Shown here: in pieces, positions 30,371 to 40,779 of the stretch
Position numbering within the stretch: position 1 is the first letter of the stretch
How the letters are laid out: the number at the start of each line of letters is the position of its first letter
Source: Rickettsiales bacterium
GTDB taxonomy: Bacteria; Pseudomonadota; Alphaproteobacteria; Rickettsiales; JABSSG01
Direction of reading: 5' to 3'
Length of the DNA stretch: 64,000 nucleotides
Assembly (NCBI GenBank): GCA_047404135.1
Contig: JBDOIT010000006.1
Location: forward strand, 77,364 to 141,363
Translations under genes and position numbers: made by a program
Notes under the pieces: generated by a model
Databases searched by the model: none
What the model was told of the DNA's origin: nothing
Seen by the model: the letters and a program-made list of their open reading frames with translations, nothing else

Positions 30371-32239
30371 ATGGGCATCAATATAAAAGACAAGAAACGT
30401 CTGAATAAGACTGCCAAAGTCTCCTTCCCTTTACATGCCTTAATCCTCGACAACAAAGTAGAGGCAGCAAGCGAATTCTGCAGAACAATCAAGTCCGAAA
30501 ACATTCATATCATAGATGGATTTAATGACAATGGAGATACACCATTAATATGCGCAATAAAAAAAAGCAATGAAGATATAGTAGATATATTACTACAATC
30601 TGGAGCTAACCCAGATCAACAGAATATTGATGGAGAAACCCCATTAATATCAGCAACAAAATTCTTCAATTCAAATATCATAACTATGTTGATAGAAGAA
30701 GGAGCAGACGTCAACCAGCCTAACTCACTAGATGAATCCCCACTAAAAATAGCCACAAATTTAGAAAACCAAGAATGCATCACTTTGCTCACTGAATTTG
30801 GCGCATCTTTTGCAAAAAAGGCTGCGGCTCATACTATAGCTCCATCAAATAGTGAAGATTTCAATTACCAAGAAGAAATGCTGTCCTTAGTCGAAATCAC
30901 TATAAAAAGCAAAAAAACAAAAGAGCTCCAGCAGAAGTTTAAAAAAAACATAGTTATCCTAACAAATAAGTACCTAGGAAAAAATATCGTAACTTCCAAA
31001 GATTTTCTGAACTCTCATATAATCTTTGAACAAATTAGCGATATCAATAAAAACAGCTTTGTAAAAAAAGACTCTCTAAATATTGTAAGAAAAATTATAA
31101 GCTCTATTAATAGCAGTACAAAACACACATTTCTAGCCAGTGATGATACTCAATCCCTATACCTACTAAGTAAAGCAGAAACTTCTACAGAAGAGAGTAT
31201 TACAAAATTAAAATTATTTACCACAAGCCAGCCTGAGATAACATACAAATCACATGCAGAACTAGAAAAAGAAAATAACCACGAAGCATCCACTGAAGAA
31301 TTGTATAAAAAAACACATGAATCTCAGGAAATGTTTGAGATCACAAAAGAAAAAATGCTCTGCCGAACGTCAAGGCATGATATGGTCTTAACGAAAATAG
31401 TGACACTAAGACCTCACCACCCTAGAGTTCCAAAAGATGCAGCATCCTTACTAAAACTTTCAAAGAAGAGAATCTTGGAAGAAGCAGATCTCTTAAAAAT
31501 CAACAAAGATTCAGTTAAAAAAGAAATCTCTAAAATAGAAGAAATAATCAACACAGCAAAAAAAGAAAAAAGGCATTTTACAAATAATGAAGGTCACAAA
31601 ATAGACCATCTAGTCAGACCAGGAAAGGCAGAAAGATTACATATTGTGCATTTCCCTAGCGAAAACTTTAAGAATGGAAACAAAGAAACCCTAATAGAAG
31701 CATTAGAGACAGGAGCAACTATACATTATTTTGAATACCCCGAATGCGCAGAAACAGCCAATGATTTAGTATTCGCGGGCATCTCTGCGGTAAATAAATT
31801 ATTAGATGAGGATATTCACCCTGATAAAATAATATTACAAGGAGTTGGAGAAGAAGCAATTGTAGCCAATGAAACTGCTCTACAGTTTGAAAAACGCGGA
31901 ATATATCTCACACGCATATCTATAGATTACCCCGAAATACCATCCTCTTCTAGCCACAGAGAAGTATCCCTCACTTTCCCTGCCAAACCAGCAAAAGAGT
32001 GCGACCCAGAAATCAAAACCTTCCTTTTAAGATTCAACAAGATTCTAAAAAATCAGACAAAGCCCGAGGGATCTTATTTTTTAAAGAACAGAAACCCCAT
32101 CACAATCTCACAGCTATTAAATCTATATATCACAAAAACGCAGCAATTCTACAACACCCACGCCAAAGATAGGAACACATCTCTGCCAAAAGAACGGGTA
32201 GAAAACATTATTGGGCTCCCAGATATTGACGAGAGATGA
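30371..32239 (+). CDS. ankyrin-repeat protein with uncharacterised C-terminal ~450 aa
   Basis: 622 aa. Three consecutive ANK units about aa 52-145 (NGDTPLICAIKKSNEDIVDILLQSGANPD / DGETPLISA...MLIEEGADVN / DESPLKIA...LLTEFGASF). Confidence 0.8.
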   Translation: MGINIKDKKRLNKTAKVSFPLHALILDNKVEAASEFCRTIKSENIHIIDGFNDNGDTPLICAIKKSNEDIVDILLQSGANPDQQNIDGETPLISATKFFNSNIITMLIEEGADVNQPNSLDESPLKIATNLENQECITLLTEFGASFAKKAAAHTIAPSNSEDFNYQEEMLSLVEITIKSKKTKELQQKFKKNIVILTNKYLGKNIVTSKDFLNSHIIFEQISDINKNSFVKKDSLNIVRKIISSINSSTKHTFLASDDTQSLYLLSKAETSTEESITKLKLFTTSQPEITYKSHAELEKENNHEASTEELYKKTHESQEMFEITKEKMLCRTSRHDMVLTKIVTLRPHHPRVPKDAASLLKLSKKRILEEADLLKINKDSVKKEISKIEEIINTAKKEKRHFTNNEGHKIDHLVRPGKAERLHIVHFPSENFKNGNKETLIEALETGATIHYFEYPECAETANDLVFAGISAVNKLLDEDIHPDKIILQGVGEEAIVANETALQFEKRGIYLTRISIDYPEIPSSSSHREVSLTFPAKPAKECDPEIKTFLLRFNKILKNQTKPEGSYFLKNRNPITISQLLNLYITKTQQFYNTHAKDRNTSLPKERVENIIGLPDIDER

Positions 32240-32280
32240 GTCTGTAGTTAACATGCTAAAAACACTCAGGAAATAGGAAC

Positions 32281-33555
32281 GTGGAGAAGGAAAGAAACGC
32301 AATACTACAATATAACGGAAAAGAATATAAGCTACCTATCAAAAAGTCCTCCATCGGACCAGATGTGATAGATATCACTCAATTGTACAAAATGTCCGGA
32401 GCTTTTACATATGATCCGGCTTTTATGTCTACAGCATCATGTGAATCTGCAATCACATATATTAATGGAGAAAAAGGAATCCTAAAATACAGAGGATACA
32501 AAATTGAAGATCTAGCAGAGAAGGAGGACTTCATGTCCGTCTCTCATCTTCTTTTATATGGGGATCTACCAAACAAAGAAGAAAAAAAGAAATTCACAAA
32601 AGAGATTTGCCACCACTCCATGATACATGAGCAACTAAATTTTTTATTTAGAGGCTTCAAGAGAGATGCTCACCCTATGGCTCTTATGGTAGGAACAGTA
32701 GGATCACTATCCTCCTTTTACCATGATTCACTTGATATAACCGATCCAAAACAACGAGATTTATCAGCACATAGAGTTATTGCAAAAACCGCCACTTTAG
32801 CAGCGATGACCTATAAATACACGATAGGGCAACCATTCATGTATCCAAGAAATGATCTAAGCTATACAGAGAATTTCTTATACATGATGTTTGCAACTCC
32901 ATGCGAGAAATATCAACCAGATCCAATCCTCACAAAGGCACTAGACAAACTCTTCATACTACATGCTGATCATGAACAAAATGCTTCAACCTCTACAGTT
33001 CGTCTTGCTAGCTCCTCTGGGGCTAATCCTCTAGCATGCTTTTCTGCAGGGATTGCATCCTTATGGGGGCCTTCTCATGGCGGAGCAAATGAAGCTGTTA
33101 TTAATATGCTGAGAGAAATCGAAGACATTAAAAACATACCGAAATTCATAGCGAGAGCTAAAGATCCAAAAGACCCTTTCAAGCTTATGGGGTTCGGGCA
33201 TAGAGTATATAAGAATTATGACCCAAGAGCCTCGGTGTTAAAAGATACATGCCATGAAGTTCTAGAGCATCTAGGCAAAAAAGAGAACAAACTGCTAAAG
33301 ATAGCTGTTGAGTTAGAAAAAATTGCCTTGCATGATGAATACTTCATACAGAAGAAATTATTCCCTAATGTAGATTTCTACTCTGGAATTATCTACAAAG
33401 CCTTAGGAATGCCTACTCAGATGTATACTGTCTTATTCGCAGTTGCGCGTACAGTAGGATGGGTTGCTCAATGGATTGAATTGATGGAAAATCCAGATGC
33501 AAAAATATCCAGACCAAGACAGCTTTATACTGGGCATGCAAATAGGGAATTATGA
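32281..33555 (+). CDS. gltA: citrate synthase
   Basis: 424 aa, GTG start. [28 protein letters not shown] catalytic motifs. Confidence 0.96.
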   Translation: MEKERNAILQYNGKEYKLPIKKSSIGPDVIDITQLYKMSGAFTYDPAFMSTASCESAITYINGEKGILKYRGYKIEDLAEKEDFMSVSHLLLYGDLPNKEEKKKFTKEICHHSMIHEQLNFLFRGFKRDAHPMALMVGTVGSLSSFYHDSLDITDPKQRDLSAHRVIAKTATLAAMTYKYTIGQPFMYPRNDLSYTENFLYMMFATPCEKYQPDPILTKALDKLFILHADHEQNASTSTVRLASSSGANPLACFSAGIASLWGPSHGGANEAVINMLREIEDIKNIPKFIARAKDPKDPFKLMGFGHRVYKNYDPRASVLKDTCHEVLEHLGKKENKLLKIAVELEKIALHDEYFIQKKLFPNVDFYSGIIYKALGMPTQMYTVLFAVARTVGWVAQWIELMENPDAKISRPRQLYTGHANREL

Positions 33556-33556
33556 A

Positions 33557-34288
33557 TTAATACTCACCTAGAATCTTTCTAATCATGAGCATATCTTGCC
33601 ACGCAGTTTTCTTTTGAGAAGGCTGCCTCAAAAGATATGCTGGATGAAAAATTGTCATTGCTTTTATCGGCCTATCTAGATATTTATTACTATATTCAAA
33701 AATCTGCCCCCTCTTTTTTGATATCGCACCAGTATAGTTCAATAAAGCATAAAGTGAGATGGCCCCCACTGCCACAACCAGCTTAGGCTTGATCAAGCTT
33801 ATATGTTTCTCTAAGAAAGGAAGACAGATCTTTATTTCTTCATCCGTTGGTTTCCTATTACCAGGAGGGCGCCAAAAAACACTATTAGTAATATATAAAT
33901 TTTTCTCTCTAGAAAGGCCTATAGTAGAAAATATTTGGTCTAGCAGCTTTCCACTTTCACCGCAGAATGGAACTCCCTGAACATCTTCATTCGCTCCAGG
34001 AGCCTCACCAATTAACATAACATCCGCACCTGGGTTCCCATCAGAGAAAACTGTTTTTGTAGCCATCTTCTTCAACAAACATTTATCAAATTTCTCCACA
34101 GAGTCGCGTAATTGCTCTAAATCTTCGCAATACTCTGCTGGGTGATCTTTCACTTCTTCTACAAACATGCTTTTTGTTTTCTCTATTTCTTCTGGATTAT
34201 TTGAACCTTTTATTCTATCATCGGATACTACTTCTTTGATATCTTGAATTTGGTACCACTGTAGAATTTTTTTATCCTCGTCTAGCAT
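33557..34288 (-). CDS. uracil-DNA glycosylase, family 4
   Basis: 243 aa. GEAPGANEDVQGVPFCGESGKLLD and HPAYLLR motifs. Confidence 0.88.
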   Translation of the reverse strand: MLDEDKKILQWYQIQDIKEVVSDDRIKGSNNPEEIEKTKSMFVEEVKDHPAEYCEDLEQLRDSVEKFDKCLLKKMATKTVFSDGNPGADVMLIGEAPGANEDVQGVPFCGESGKLLDQIFSTIGLSREKNLYITNSVFWRPPGNRKPTDEEIKICLPFLEKHISLIKPKLVVAVGAISLYALLNYTGAISKKRGQIFEYSNKYLDRPIKAMTIFHPAYLLRQPSQKKTAWQDMLMIRKILGEY

Positions 34289-34308
34289 TGCTAAATAACC
34301 ATAACTTT

Positions 34309-35280
34309 ATGAGCAATAAAACCATAGAAGTCACTACAGAACAAGAAAAAAACTCCCGTATAGATAAGTTTCTCTCTGAAAATCTTGAGCATATGACTAG
34401 GAGCAAAGTTCAGAACATGATACAAAAAGGCTGCGTACGACTGAATGGAGAGATAGTTCTTAGCAATAAAGAAAAGGTAAAGCTTTACGACAATATATCT
34501 ATTCAAGAGCCAGCAGCTGAGTTGCAAACTCTAATGCCAAAGGAAATAGATCTAGATATAGTATTTGAGGATGACCATATTATTATCATCAACAAACAAT
34601 CCGGACTCACAACTCACCCAGGTGCAGGTAACACCACGGATACTTTAGTAAATGGACTACTTGCCAAATACCAAGATAAATTATCGAAAATCGGAGGAGA
34701 TTTTAGACCAGGTATAGTGCATAGATTAGATAAAAACACTACAGGACTTATGGTTGTAGCAAAAAACGATGAAGCGCATTCTAAGCTATCACATGATCTA
34801 GCAGAACGCACCATCAAGAGAACTTACCAAGCTCTTATATGGGGGTTACCTGCAAAACAAAAAGATAGCATAGAAACTAACATATCCAGAAAAAAAGAAG
34901 ACCGAAAAAAAATGACTGTCGTAGGTGCAGATGAAGGAAAATTAGCCATTACTCACTATAGGGTTATCAAAACTTTCTTAGCAGGTAGGATCTCCTTAGT
35001 TGAGTGCTCATTGGAAACAGGTAGAACTCACCAAATCAGAGTGCACATGCAACATATTGGTCACCCTATAATTGGAGATCCAGAGTACGGCATCACAAAG
35101 AAAAAAAAGAGATATACTCTGCCACAGGATGTATTAGAGGTGATTCAGAATATTCACAGGCAGATGCTGCATGCAAAAAAGCTATCCTTTAGTCATCCTA
35201 TCACAAAACATTGCCTTGATTTTGAAATTGATCTACCTGATGATATGGACAATGCACTCAAAATTTTTTCATCTGAATGA
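34309..35280 (+). CDS. rluD: 23S rRNA pseudouridine synthase (RluA family, RluD-like)
   Basis: The track start 34288 is a TTG touching the UDG start codon. ATG at 34309 (MSNKTIEV...) is more plausible. S4 domain plus HRLDKNTTGLMVVAKN. Confidence 0.88.
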   Translation: MSNKTIEVTTEQEKNSRIDKFLSENLEHMTRSKVQNMIQKGCVRLNGEIVLSNKEKVKLYDNISIQEPAAELQTLMPKEIDLDIVFEDDHIIIINKQSGLTTHPGAGNTTDTLVNGLLAKYQDKLSKIGGDFRPGIVHRLDKNTTGLMVVAKNDEAHSKLSHDLAERTIKRTYQALIWGLPAKQKDSIETNISRKKEDRKKMTVVGADEGKLAITHYRVIKTFLAGRISLVECSLETGRTHQIRVHMQHIGHPIIGDPEYGITKKKKRYTLPQDVLEVIQNIHRQMLHAKKLSFSHPITKHCLDFEIDLPDDMDNALKIFSSE

Positions 35281-36488
35281 AAATAGAATTATTATTATCC
35301 AGGTCCTGCATTTGGCTCACTACACTCCTTCCTCTGTTCATCATTGCAGGAAGAGGAGCTGGAGATTCCGCACTTACTATCACCGCTATTCTATTCGTAC
35401 TATTGTCTTCTATAAAAAGAGATATACAGCCGTTCAAAGAAGAATGGTTTCTGTTTTTTATTTCCTTCTGGGTATATATGATAGTCCGATCTTTTTTTGC
35501 AGACGATATATCACTAGCCCTAAAAAAATCCATCCCAATAATACGCTATGGACTATTTGCTCTATTCTTCCATAAGCTTGGCATGAACAAGCCTAATTCA
35601 AGCAAGAACATCCTTATTTGCCTATCAACGGTAGTAGCATTTTTAGCAATTGATGGGTATGTACAATTTTTCAGAGGAATAGATATTCTTGGCATGCCAA
35701 GCGTATATGCGGGTGGGTACCACAGATTAACTGGACCTTTTACAAAAATGGCTTTAGGAAGCATTATTTCCATTCTCTCTTTTCCACTCATCTATTATTG
35801 CATTCACCAAATACTCAAACAGAAGAAAAACATAACGCTCAACTCTACTTTCTGCTTCGTATTATACTTCATCATCATGCTTTCAGGGGATCGCACTGCT
35901 TTAATACAAACCACACTGTGTATGGGGTTTTCTCTCATGTTTTTGTCTCAAAATCCTCTCAAAATGTTTATTTTAGGGACACTATTACTTTTACTAACAG
36001 CTCTCTTGTTGTACGTTGTTGGAGGTAAAGGAATTATAGAACGTCAATTTTTGTCTACTCTGCATTCTATAAAAAACTACTCATCAACCCCATATGGGAG
36101 CATATATAATGCTGCCTTTGCAATAATAAAGAAACATTGGTTCTTTGGGGTTGGACCTGCTCATTATAATCATTGTGTAGCAATGAATGTCTGCAGCGAC
36201 CATGCTCACCATATCTATTTAGAGCTACTAACGGAAACAGGAGTTGTTGGGCTAATGATGTTCGGAGCAGTAATATATACAATATTGAAATCAACATTAA
36301 GACAAAGCAATAGCCTATCTAATCTTCAAGTAATATCTTCTGGTATTACAATATTTATGATTGCAAGGTTCCTACCCATCCTGCCGCATCAAGGCTTGTT
36401 CCAGAATCTTTATGGAACACCAATATGGTTCATGCTTGGGTTATTACTTCACGTTAATGCAATTTTGAATAAAAAAATCAAAATTTAA
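35277..36488 (+). CDS. O-antigen ligase (Wzy_C / WaaL-like) family membrane protein
   Basis: 403 aa polytopic. Signature-like SDHAHHIYLELLTETGVVGLMMF. ATGA overlap with rluD. Confidence 0.7.
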   Translation: MKIELLLSRSCIWLTTLLPLFIIAGRGAGDSALTITAILFVLLSSIKRDIQPFKEEWFLFFISFWVYMIVRSFFADDISLALKKSIPIIRYGLFALFFHKLGMNKPNSSKNILICLSTVVAFLAIDGYVQFFRGIDILGMPSVYAGGYHRLTGPFTKMALGSIISILSFPLIYYCIHQILKQKKNITLNSTFCFVLYFIIMLSGDRTALIQTTLCMGFSLMFLSQNPLKMFILGTLLLLLTALLLYVVGGKGIIERQFLSTLHSIKNYSSTPYGSIYNAAFAIIKKHWFFGVGPAHYNHCVAMNVCSDHAHHIYLELLTETGVVGLMMFGAVIYTILKSTLRQSNSLSNLQVISSGITIFMIARFLPILPHQGLFQNLYGTPIWFMLGLLLHVNAILNKKIKI

Positions 36489-36577
36489 TCTTCTACTCTT
36501 ACTGCTTCACTGACGCGTTCCCCTACTTGATTGCAGGCATCTCCTAGGGTCCCAGATCATATATAGAGAAATGCATC

Positions 36578-37300
36578 TTAGAATTTTCCTCTGTGCAAAA
36601 ATGAAACCGTCTTGTTTATACCCCTCCCATTAACAAGCAGTCCGTGATGAGATACTGGCAAAGTGATATGGTCTTTCATTCCATCTAACTTAGTTCTGTC
36701 CACGGAAACAAATCCATCATTTCTTCTTTTTATTAGAAAAAAAGAAAACGGGTTTATGCTTTTATTGCCAGATATGATTCCTAGGTCATATTTTACTTTT
36801 TTATCCAGCCTATGCACATACGATTTTTCTGAAATACTAATTTGTCTACCAGGAGCTCCTAAAAGTAATCTTCTCGTAAATGCATTATCAAACAAACTAA
36901 CCATTTCTGCTCCATGGTGAGGAGGAGCCATCATCACCACTTTGCCTATTCTCAAGGAATGGTATTCCTGCAGAAACCTTCTAACAACAATTCCACCTAG
37001 AGAGTGCGTAACAAAATGAATTTTCTTCTTACTATCTAAACAATGACGTAATACAAAGCCATGCAAGAATCTAGTAGCTATCGCTTGTATGCTGTACTTC
37101 CTCATAGAGCAGTCAAAAGGCATAACTTGGTATCCTTTTTCATGAAGTGATTTGGCGATCATCTTCATAGACCAAATTCCACCCACAACACCAGGAACCA
37201 AAACCACATAGTCACCTTTATTTCTCATAGACAGAGATTTCGCAGTGAGATCTGAACGACCATAAATACCGCGAATAATCAGATCAGAGTAATGAAACAT
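36578..37300 (-). CDS. alpha/beta hydrolase (esterase/lipase-like)
   Basis: 240 aa. Nucleophile elbow VTHSLGG, preceding VVLVPGV oxyanion-type strand. Confidence 0.7.
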   Translation of the reverse strand: MFHYSDLIIRGIYGRSDLTAKSLSMRNKGDYVVLVPGVVGGIWSMKMIAKSLHEKGYQVMPFDCSMRKYSIQAIATRFLHGFVLRHCLDSKKKIHFVTHSLGGIVVRRFLQEYHSLRIGKVVMMAPPHHGAEMVSLFDNAFTRRLLLGAPGRQISISEKSYVHRLDKKVKYDLGIISGNKSINPFSFFLIKRRNDGFVSVDRTKLDGMKDHITLPVSHHGLLVNGRGINKTVSFLHRGKF

Positions 37301-37456
37301 AGGAGAAAGTAAAAGTTACAAAGGAAGTGTATCAGAATTCACAATAGTTATCATCTTTTTTGAGAATACCACAAAGAAAATTCGCATTATATAGCCTCTC
37401 CAAAGATATGATCCGGTACATGTTGCGCTATACACAGCAGAGCAAGTGCGCGCATA

Positions 37457-39118
37457 CTAAAAACTCAATAACATCACTAAAACAATAAATAGTAACATCA
37501 ACACTACATTTCTCTGGGAGTTCATGGAAACAAACATACCCTTTGCTCCAAAACAATATCCCATTAAGTTTTTAACACCAGAAGCAAAAGAACCTTGCCC
37601 TTCTAAAAACATCTTATGATGAATATATGAAACATATTTTTTCAAATAGGAATAAATAGCGCCAAGAAGGAATCGATAAAACCAATCAAAGTCTAAGAGA
37701 GTGTATTTTGCTCTTACTATTAAGAACTTTCCTAGTAAGAAGAAGGATGCGAGCACACCTAGCAGCAAAGAAGTTTGATTAAAAAACACAGAATCAAACA
37801 TTTCTATTTTATTTCCCAACAATACCTCTGGGAATATTCCGAATATCATTACAGATAGAGCTAATACCTTTAAAGATATAGCGCGCAGTGAAGTCATCAC
37901 ATATGGCGTACCCTTATTCTTTGTCTTATGGTAGAATTTTTTTATAAATACAAAAACTGGCAGTTTTATACCGACAGCAAAGGCCGTGCCAGCTGTCAGT
38001 GCAGAAATCCCATATCCAAGCCACGGGTGACTCACAACAAATGAGCTTTTATACAAAAGATATTTCGATACATATCCTGGAGTAAAAGGCACAGCAGAGA
38101 TAGAAGCAAATGCTATGATAGAGCATACTACAAGAACAGGAGGAAATTTTGTATTTATAGGAATCTGAAAATATCTTTTTACTCTTAAAGATAGTATAAT
38201 CGACCCAATACACATCATTGCCAAAGCAATAGATAGTATCTCTGTTATAATCATATATTCAGATATTTTTCTTTCTCCTATCCCTATCGCAATCAGAATC
38301 ATGCCTATCTGACTTATAATTCCATAGTTGATTATTCTTCTCATGTTAGACTCCAGAGCCGCATATATAAGACCATATACTCCGATAAATATTCCTATGC
38401 ATATTAAGAAATTCAATCCCAGGAAAAACTTCATGAGTATTATTAGAGATATCTTAGTAGTCACAACCGATAAAAACACACTCCCAGCGGGGGTAGTAGC
38501 AGCATATCCTTCAACTAACCAATATGAAAATGGGGGGGATGCAACGTTAATCAGTAGAGCAGCTAAGATAGTATAATTCAAAATTTGTTTGTCTGAGACA
38601 GTAAAATCTAGAAAATTATGACCTACTAAAGTAAAGTCTCCATAAAGAGAATAATGTGTGATTGTTCCTATCAAGAAGAAAACGCCCGAAAGGATATGTA
38701 GTTTAAAATAAGCCGCACCCGCATTGAATGAAAGCTTGTTTCCTCCATTAAATATCATGAATGTTGCGGCAATCAACATTACCTCAAACAAAGTAAATAT
38801 AACAAAAAGATTTGAAGATATAATTACAGATATACCTGCCCCTATATATAGAAGCGCCAGGCGAGCATTGTCTTTATCACGGATCTGAGCCGTATACGCG
38901 AATAACACTCCACAGAAAAGTACCAGCAACAGAGATGCTATGTAGAAAAACTCCATTTGGTTCGCATTAAATATTTTGATCATCAGAAGGAATGAAACTA
39001 CCGGAGAAGATATCAGCAAATATTTGCAAAAATTTCCTTTTAACAAATAGCTAAAAAAATATAAAAAGATCAGTATTGCACCAGGGTGCCTCACTAATTC
39101 ACTCAGAGTTTCGATCAT
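37457..39118 (-). CDS. Mrp/complex-I-type antiporter-like subunit (MrpD/NuoM-like, divergent, third copy)
   Basis: 553 aa, ~14+ TM. Motif WLVEGYAATTPAGSVFLSVVTTK corresponds to the WLP.A...P...S..L...K of proton-conducting transporter subunits. Confidence 0.7.
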   Translation of the reverse strand: MIETLSELVRHPGAILIFLYFFSYLLKGNFCKYLLISSPVVSFLLMIKIFNANQMEFFYIASLLLVLFCGVLFAYTAQIRDKDNARLALLYIGAGISVIISSNLFVIFTLFEVMLIAATFMIFNGGNKLSFNAGAAYFKLHILSGVFFLIGTITHYSLYGDFTLVGHNFLDFTVSDKQILNYTILAALLINVASPPFSYWLVEGYAATTPAGSVFLSVVTTKISLIILMKFFLGLNFLICIGIFIGVYGLIYAALESNMRRIINYGIISQIGMILIAIGIGERKISEYMIITEILSIALAMMCIGSIILSLRVKRYFQIPINTKFPPVLVVCSIIAFASISAVPFTPGYVSKYLLYKSSFVVSHPWLGYGISALTAGTAFAVGIKLPVFVFIKKFYHKTKNKGTPYVMTSLRAISLKVLALSVMIFGIFPEVLLGNKIEMFDSVFFNQTSLLLGVLASFFLLGKFLIVRAKYTLLDFDWFYRFLLGAIYSYLKKYVSYIHHKMFLEGQGSFASGVKNLMGYCFGAKGMFVSMNSQRNVVLMLLFIVLVMLLSF

Positions 39119-39284
39119 AATATTTCGTGTCTTTTTTTATAAGGAACGACAAAGTTAAAGATAAGATAACAAGAACCGCAGATGAAATGACTCCATAAAA
39201 AAAATAATGAAAGCCTTGGTATAAATAAGCTCCCACTACAAACAGCACACTTAACAACACTACTGAAAGTAATTTTCTATCCAT
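39099..39284 (-). CDS. small two-helix membrane protein embedded in the mrp cluster
   Basis: 61 aa. Two hydrophobic helices. Same strand, 20-nt overlap with the downstream gene and 1-nt gap from the upstream gene. Confidence 0.45.
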   Translation of the reverse strand: MDRKLLSVVLLSVLFVVGAYLYQGFHYFFYGVISSAVLVILSLTLSFLIKKDTKYYDRNSE

Positions 39285-39285
39285 A

Positions 39286-40779
39286 TCAATATTGAATTAA
39301 GCTCATTAGCTGCAACATATATTCATAAATTAATACAAAACATACCGTTCCAATAGAAGTAATTATAATAGCTACTGTCATACTAGAAAGAAGTTTATGC
39401 TCATACTCTATTTCTTTTTTTCTAGAAAGATGAGCGGGCTGCTTATAAACATTATATAAAATTTTAATAAAATAGTGAGCTGTCATTAAAACGCTCACCG
39501 TTAATACAGATAATACTACGTAGTTATTTCCATTAGAAAGAGCTGCGTAGTATATATAAGCCTTACTAATAAACCCCCCGAATATCGGCAACCCTATTAT
39601 GGAAAGCGCAGCGATGGTAAAAATTACCATTATCAATTTCATCTTCTTACCAAGGCCCCTAAAATCCTGTAGGTTGCTAATCTTTGAATTGCAGTAAACA
39701 TAACCACTAGCAAAGAATAAAGTAATCTTACCAAATGCATGACTAACCATATGTATTGCCGCAGCTTTAAGAGCAACGGGGTAGAACATTGAAAGGGATA
39801 GTAAGCATATAGAGAGTTGGTTTATTGTTGAGTAAGCCAACAACATCTTGATCCTAGTCTGATATAAGGCAAGCAAAGAAGAAGTTATCAAAGATATCGC
39901 AGCCAATATTGTAACAATATTGGTATCACCAAAACTTAAAATATTTTCTCTTAAATAATCTAATCCAAAGGTATATACAGACATCTTGATCATAATAAAT
40001 ATACCAGATTTCACCACCGCAACAGCGTGCAGTACAGCACTTACAGGGAAGGATGCAACCATAGCTTCTGGAAGCCATGTATGCATAGGGACAACTGCAG
40101 ATTTCGCCACTCCATAGAAGCATAGTAAAAATAAGATGGTTAAAGTCCCGCCTGACAAGGATGAGGCTATGCCTCCTATAGCAAAGCTAGTATGGCCAAT
40201 ATTATTCATCAAATATAAAATGGCTGGTAAGAATAGCAAAACAGACCCTCCCATAAGGGTGTATAGGTAATATCGTGCTGCACTACGTTCTTTCTGACCA
40301 CCTAAATGAGATACAAGAGGATACGTAAAAATTGTCAGCAACTCATAAAATACAAACATTGCGATCAAGTTAGGTGATATAGCTAGACCGAGAGTACAAA
40401 AAATTGATATAGATAAAAACAAATAGAACTTACTCGGTATGATCTCTTTATTCATTTTCAAATACGAGAGAGAGTATAAATTCGTGACCGACCACAAAGA
40501 GCTCACCATAAGAATAAACACCAAAGTAATAGACTCTATATTCGCTACTGCTCCCCACAAAAGGGTAACATTTTCGAAATGCAAACCTGCGCTTATGAAA
40601 TTCCTTATTAAGCATATGCTGGCTACGGAAGAAGCCATACTTATAATAAAGATAGGGACACTCATATACCTCTTGAATCTAAAAAGAAGCAATGATAACA
40701 AGGCACAGAGCAAAGGCGTACACATTATTATATTAATTAAACTTTCATTACTTTGATTGAAAAAACTCATAGTAATCAA
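39286..40779 (-). CDS. Mrp antiporter-like subunit (MrpA N-terminal / MrpD / NuoL-M-like, second copy)
   Basis: 497 aa. WLPEAMVASFPVSAVLHAVAVVKSGIF motif. Confidence 0.8.
   Translation of the reverse strand: MITMSFFNQSNESLINIIMCTPLLCALLSLLLFRFKRYMSVPIFIISMASSVASICLIRNFISAGLHFENVTLLWGAVANIESITLVFILMVSSLWSVTNLYSLSYLKMNKEIIPSKFYLFLSISIFCTLGLAISPNLIAMFVFYELLTIFTYPLVSHLGGQKERSAARYYLYTLMGGSVLLFLPAILYLMNNIGHTSFAIGGIASSLSGGTLTILFLLCFYGVAKSAVVPMHTWLPEAMVASFPVSAVLHAVAVVKSGIFIMIKMSVYTFGLDYLRENILSFGDTNIVTILAAISLITSSLLALYQTRIKMLLAYSTINQLSICLLSLSMFYPVALKAAAIHMVSHAFGKITLFFASGYVYCNSKISNLQDFRGLGKKMKLIMVIFTIAALSIIGLPIFGGFISKAYIYYAALSNGNNYVVLSVLTVSVLMTAHYFIKILYNVYKQPAHLSRKKEIEYEHKLLSSMTVAIIITSIGTVCFVLIYEYMLQLMSLIQY

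Noticed and set aside
34286-34311. Back-to-back divergent start codons of UDG and rluD sharing a nucleotide
   Set aside because: This is an artefact of extending rluD to an upstream TTG. The ATG at 34309 gives a normal N-terminus and a short but real 20-bp spacer.
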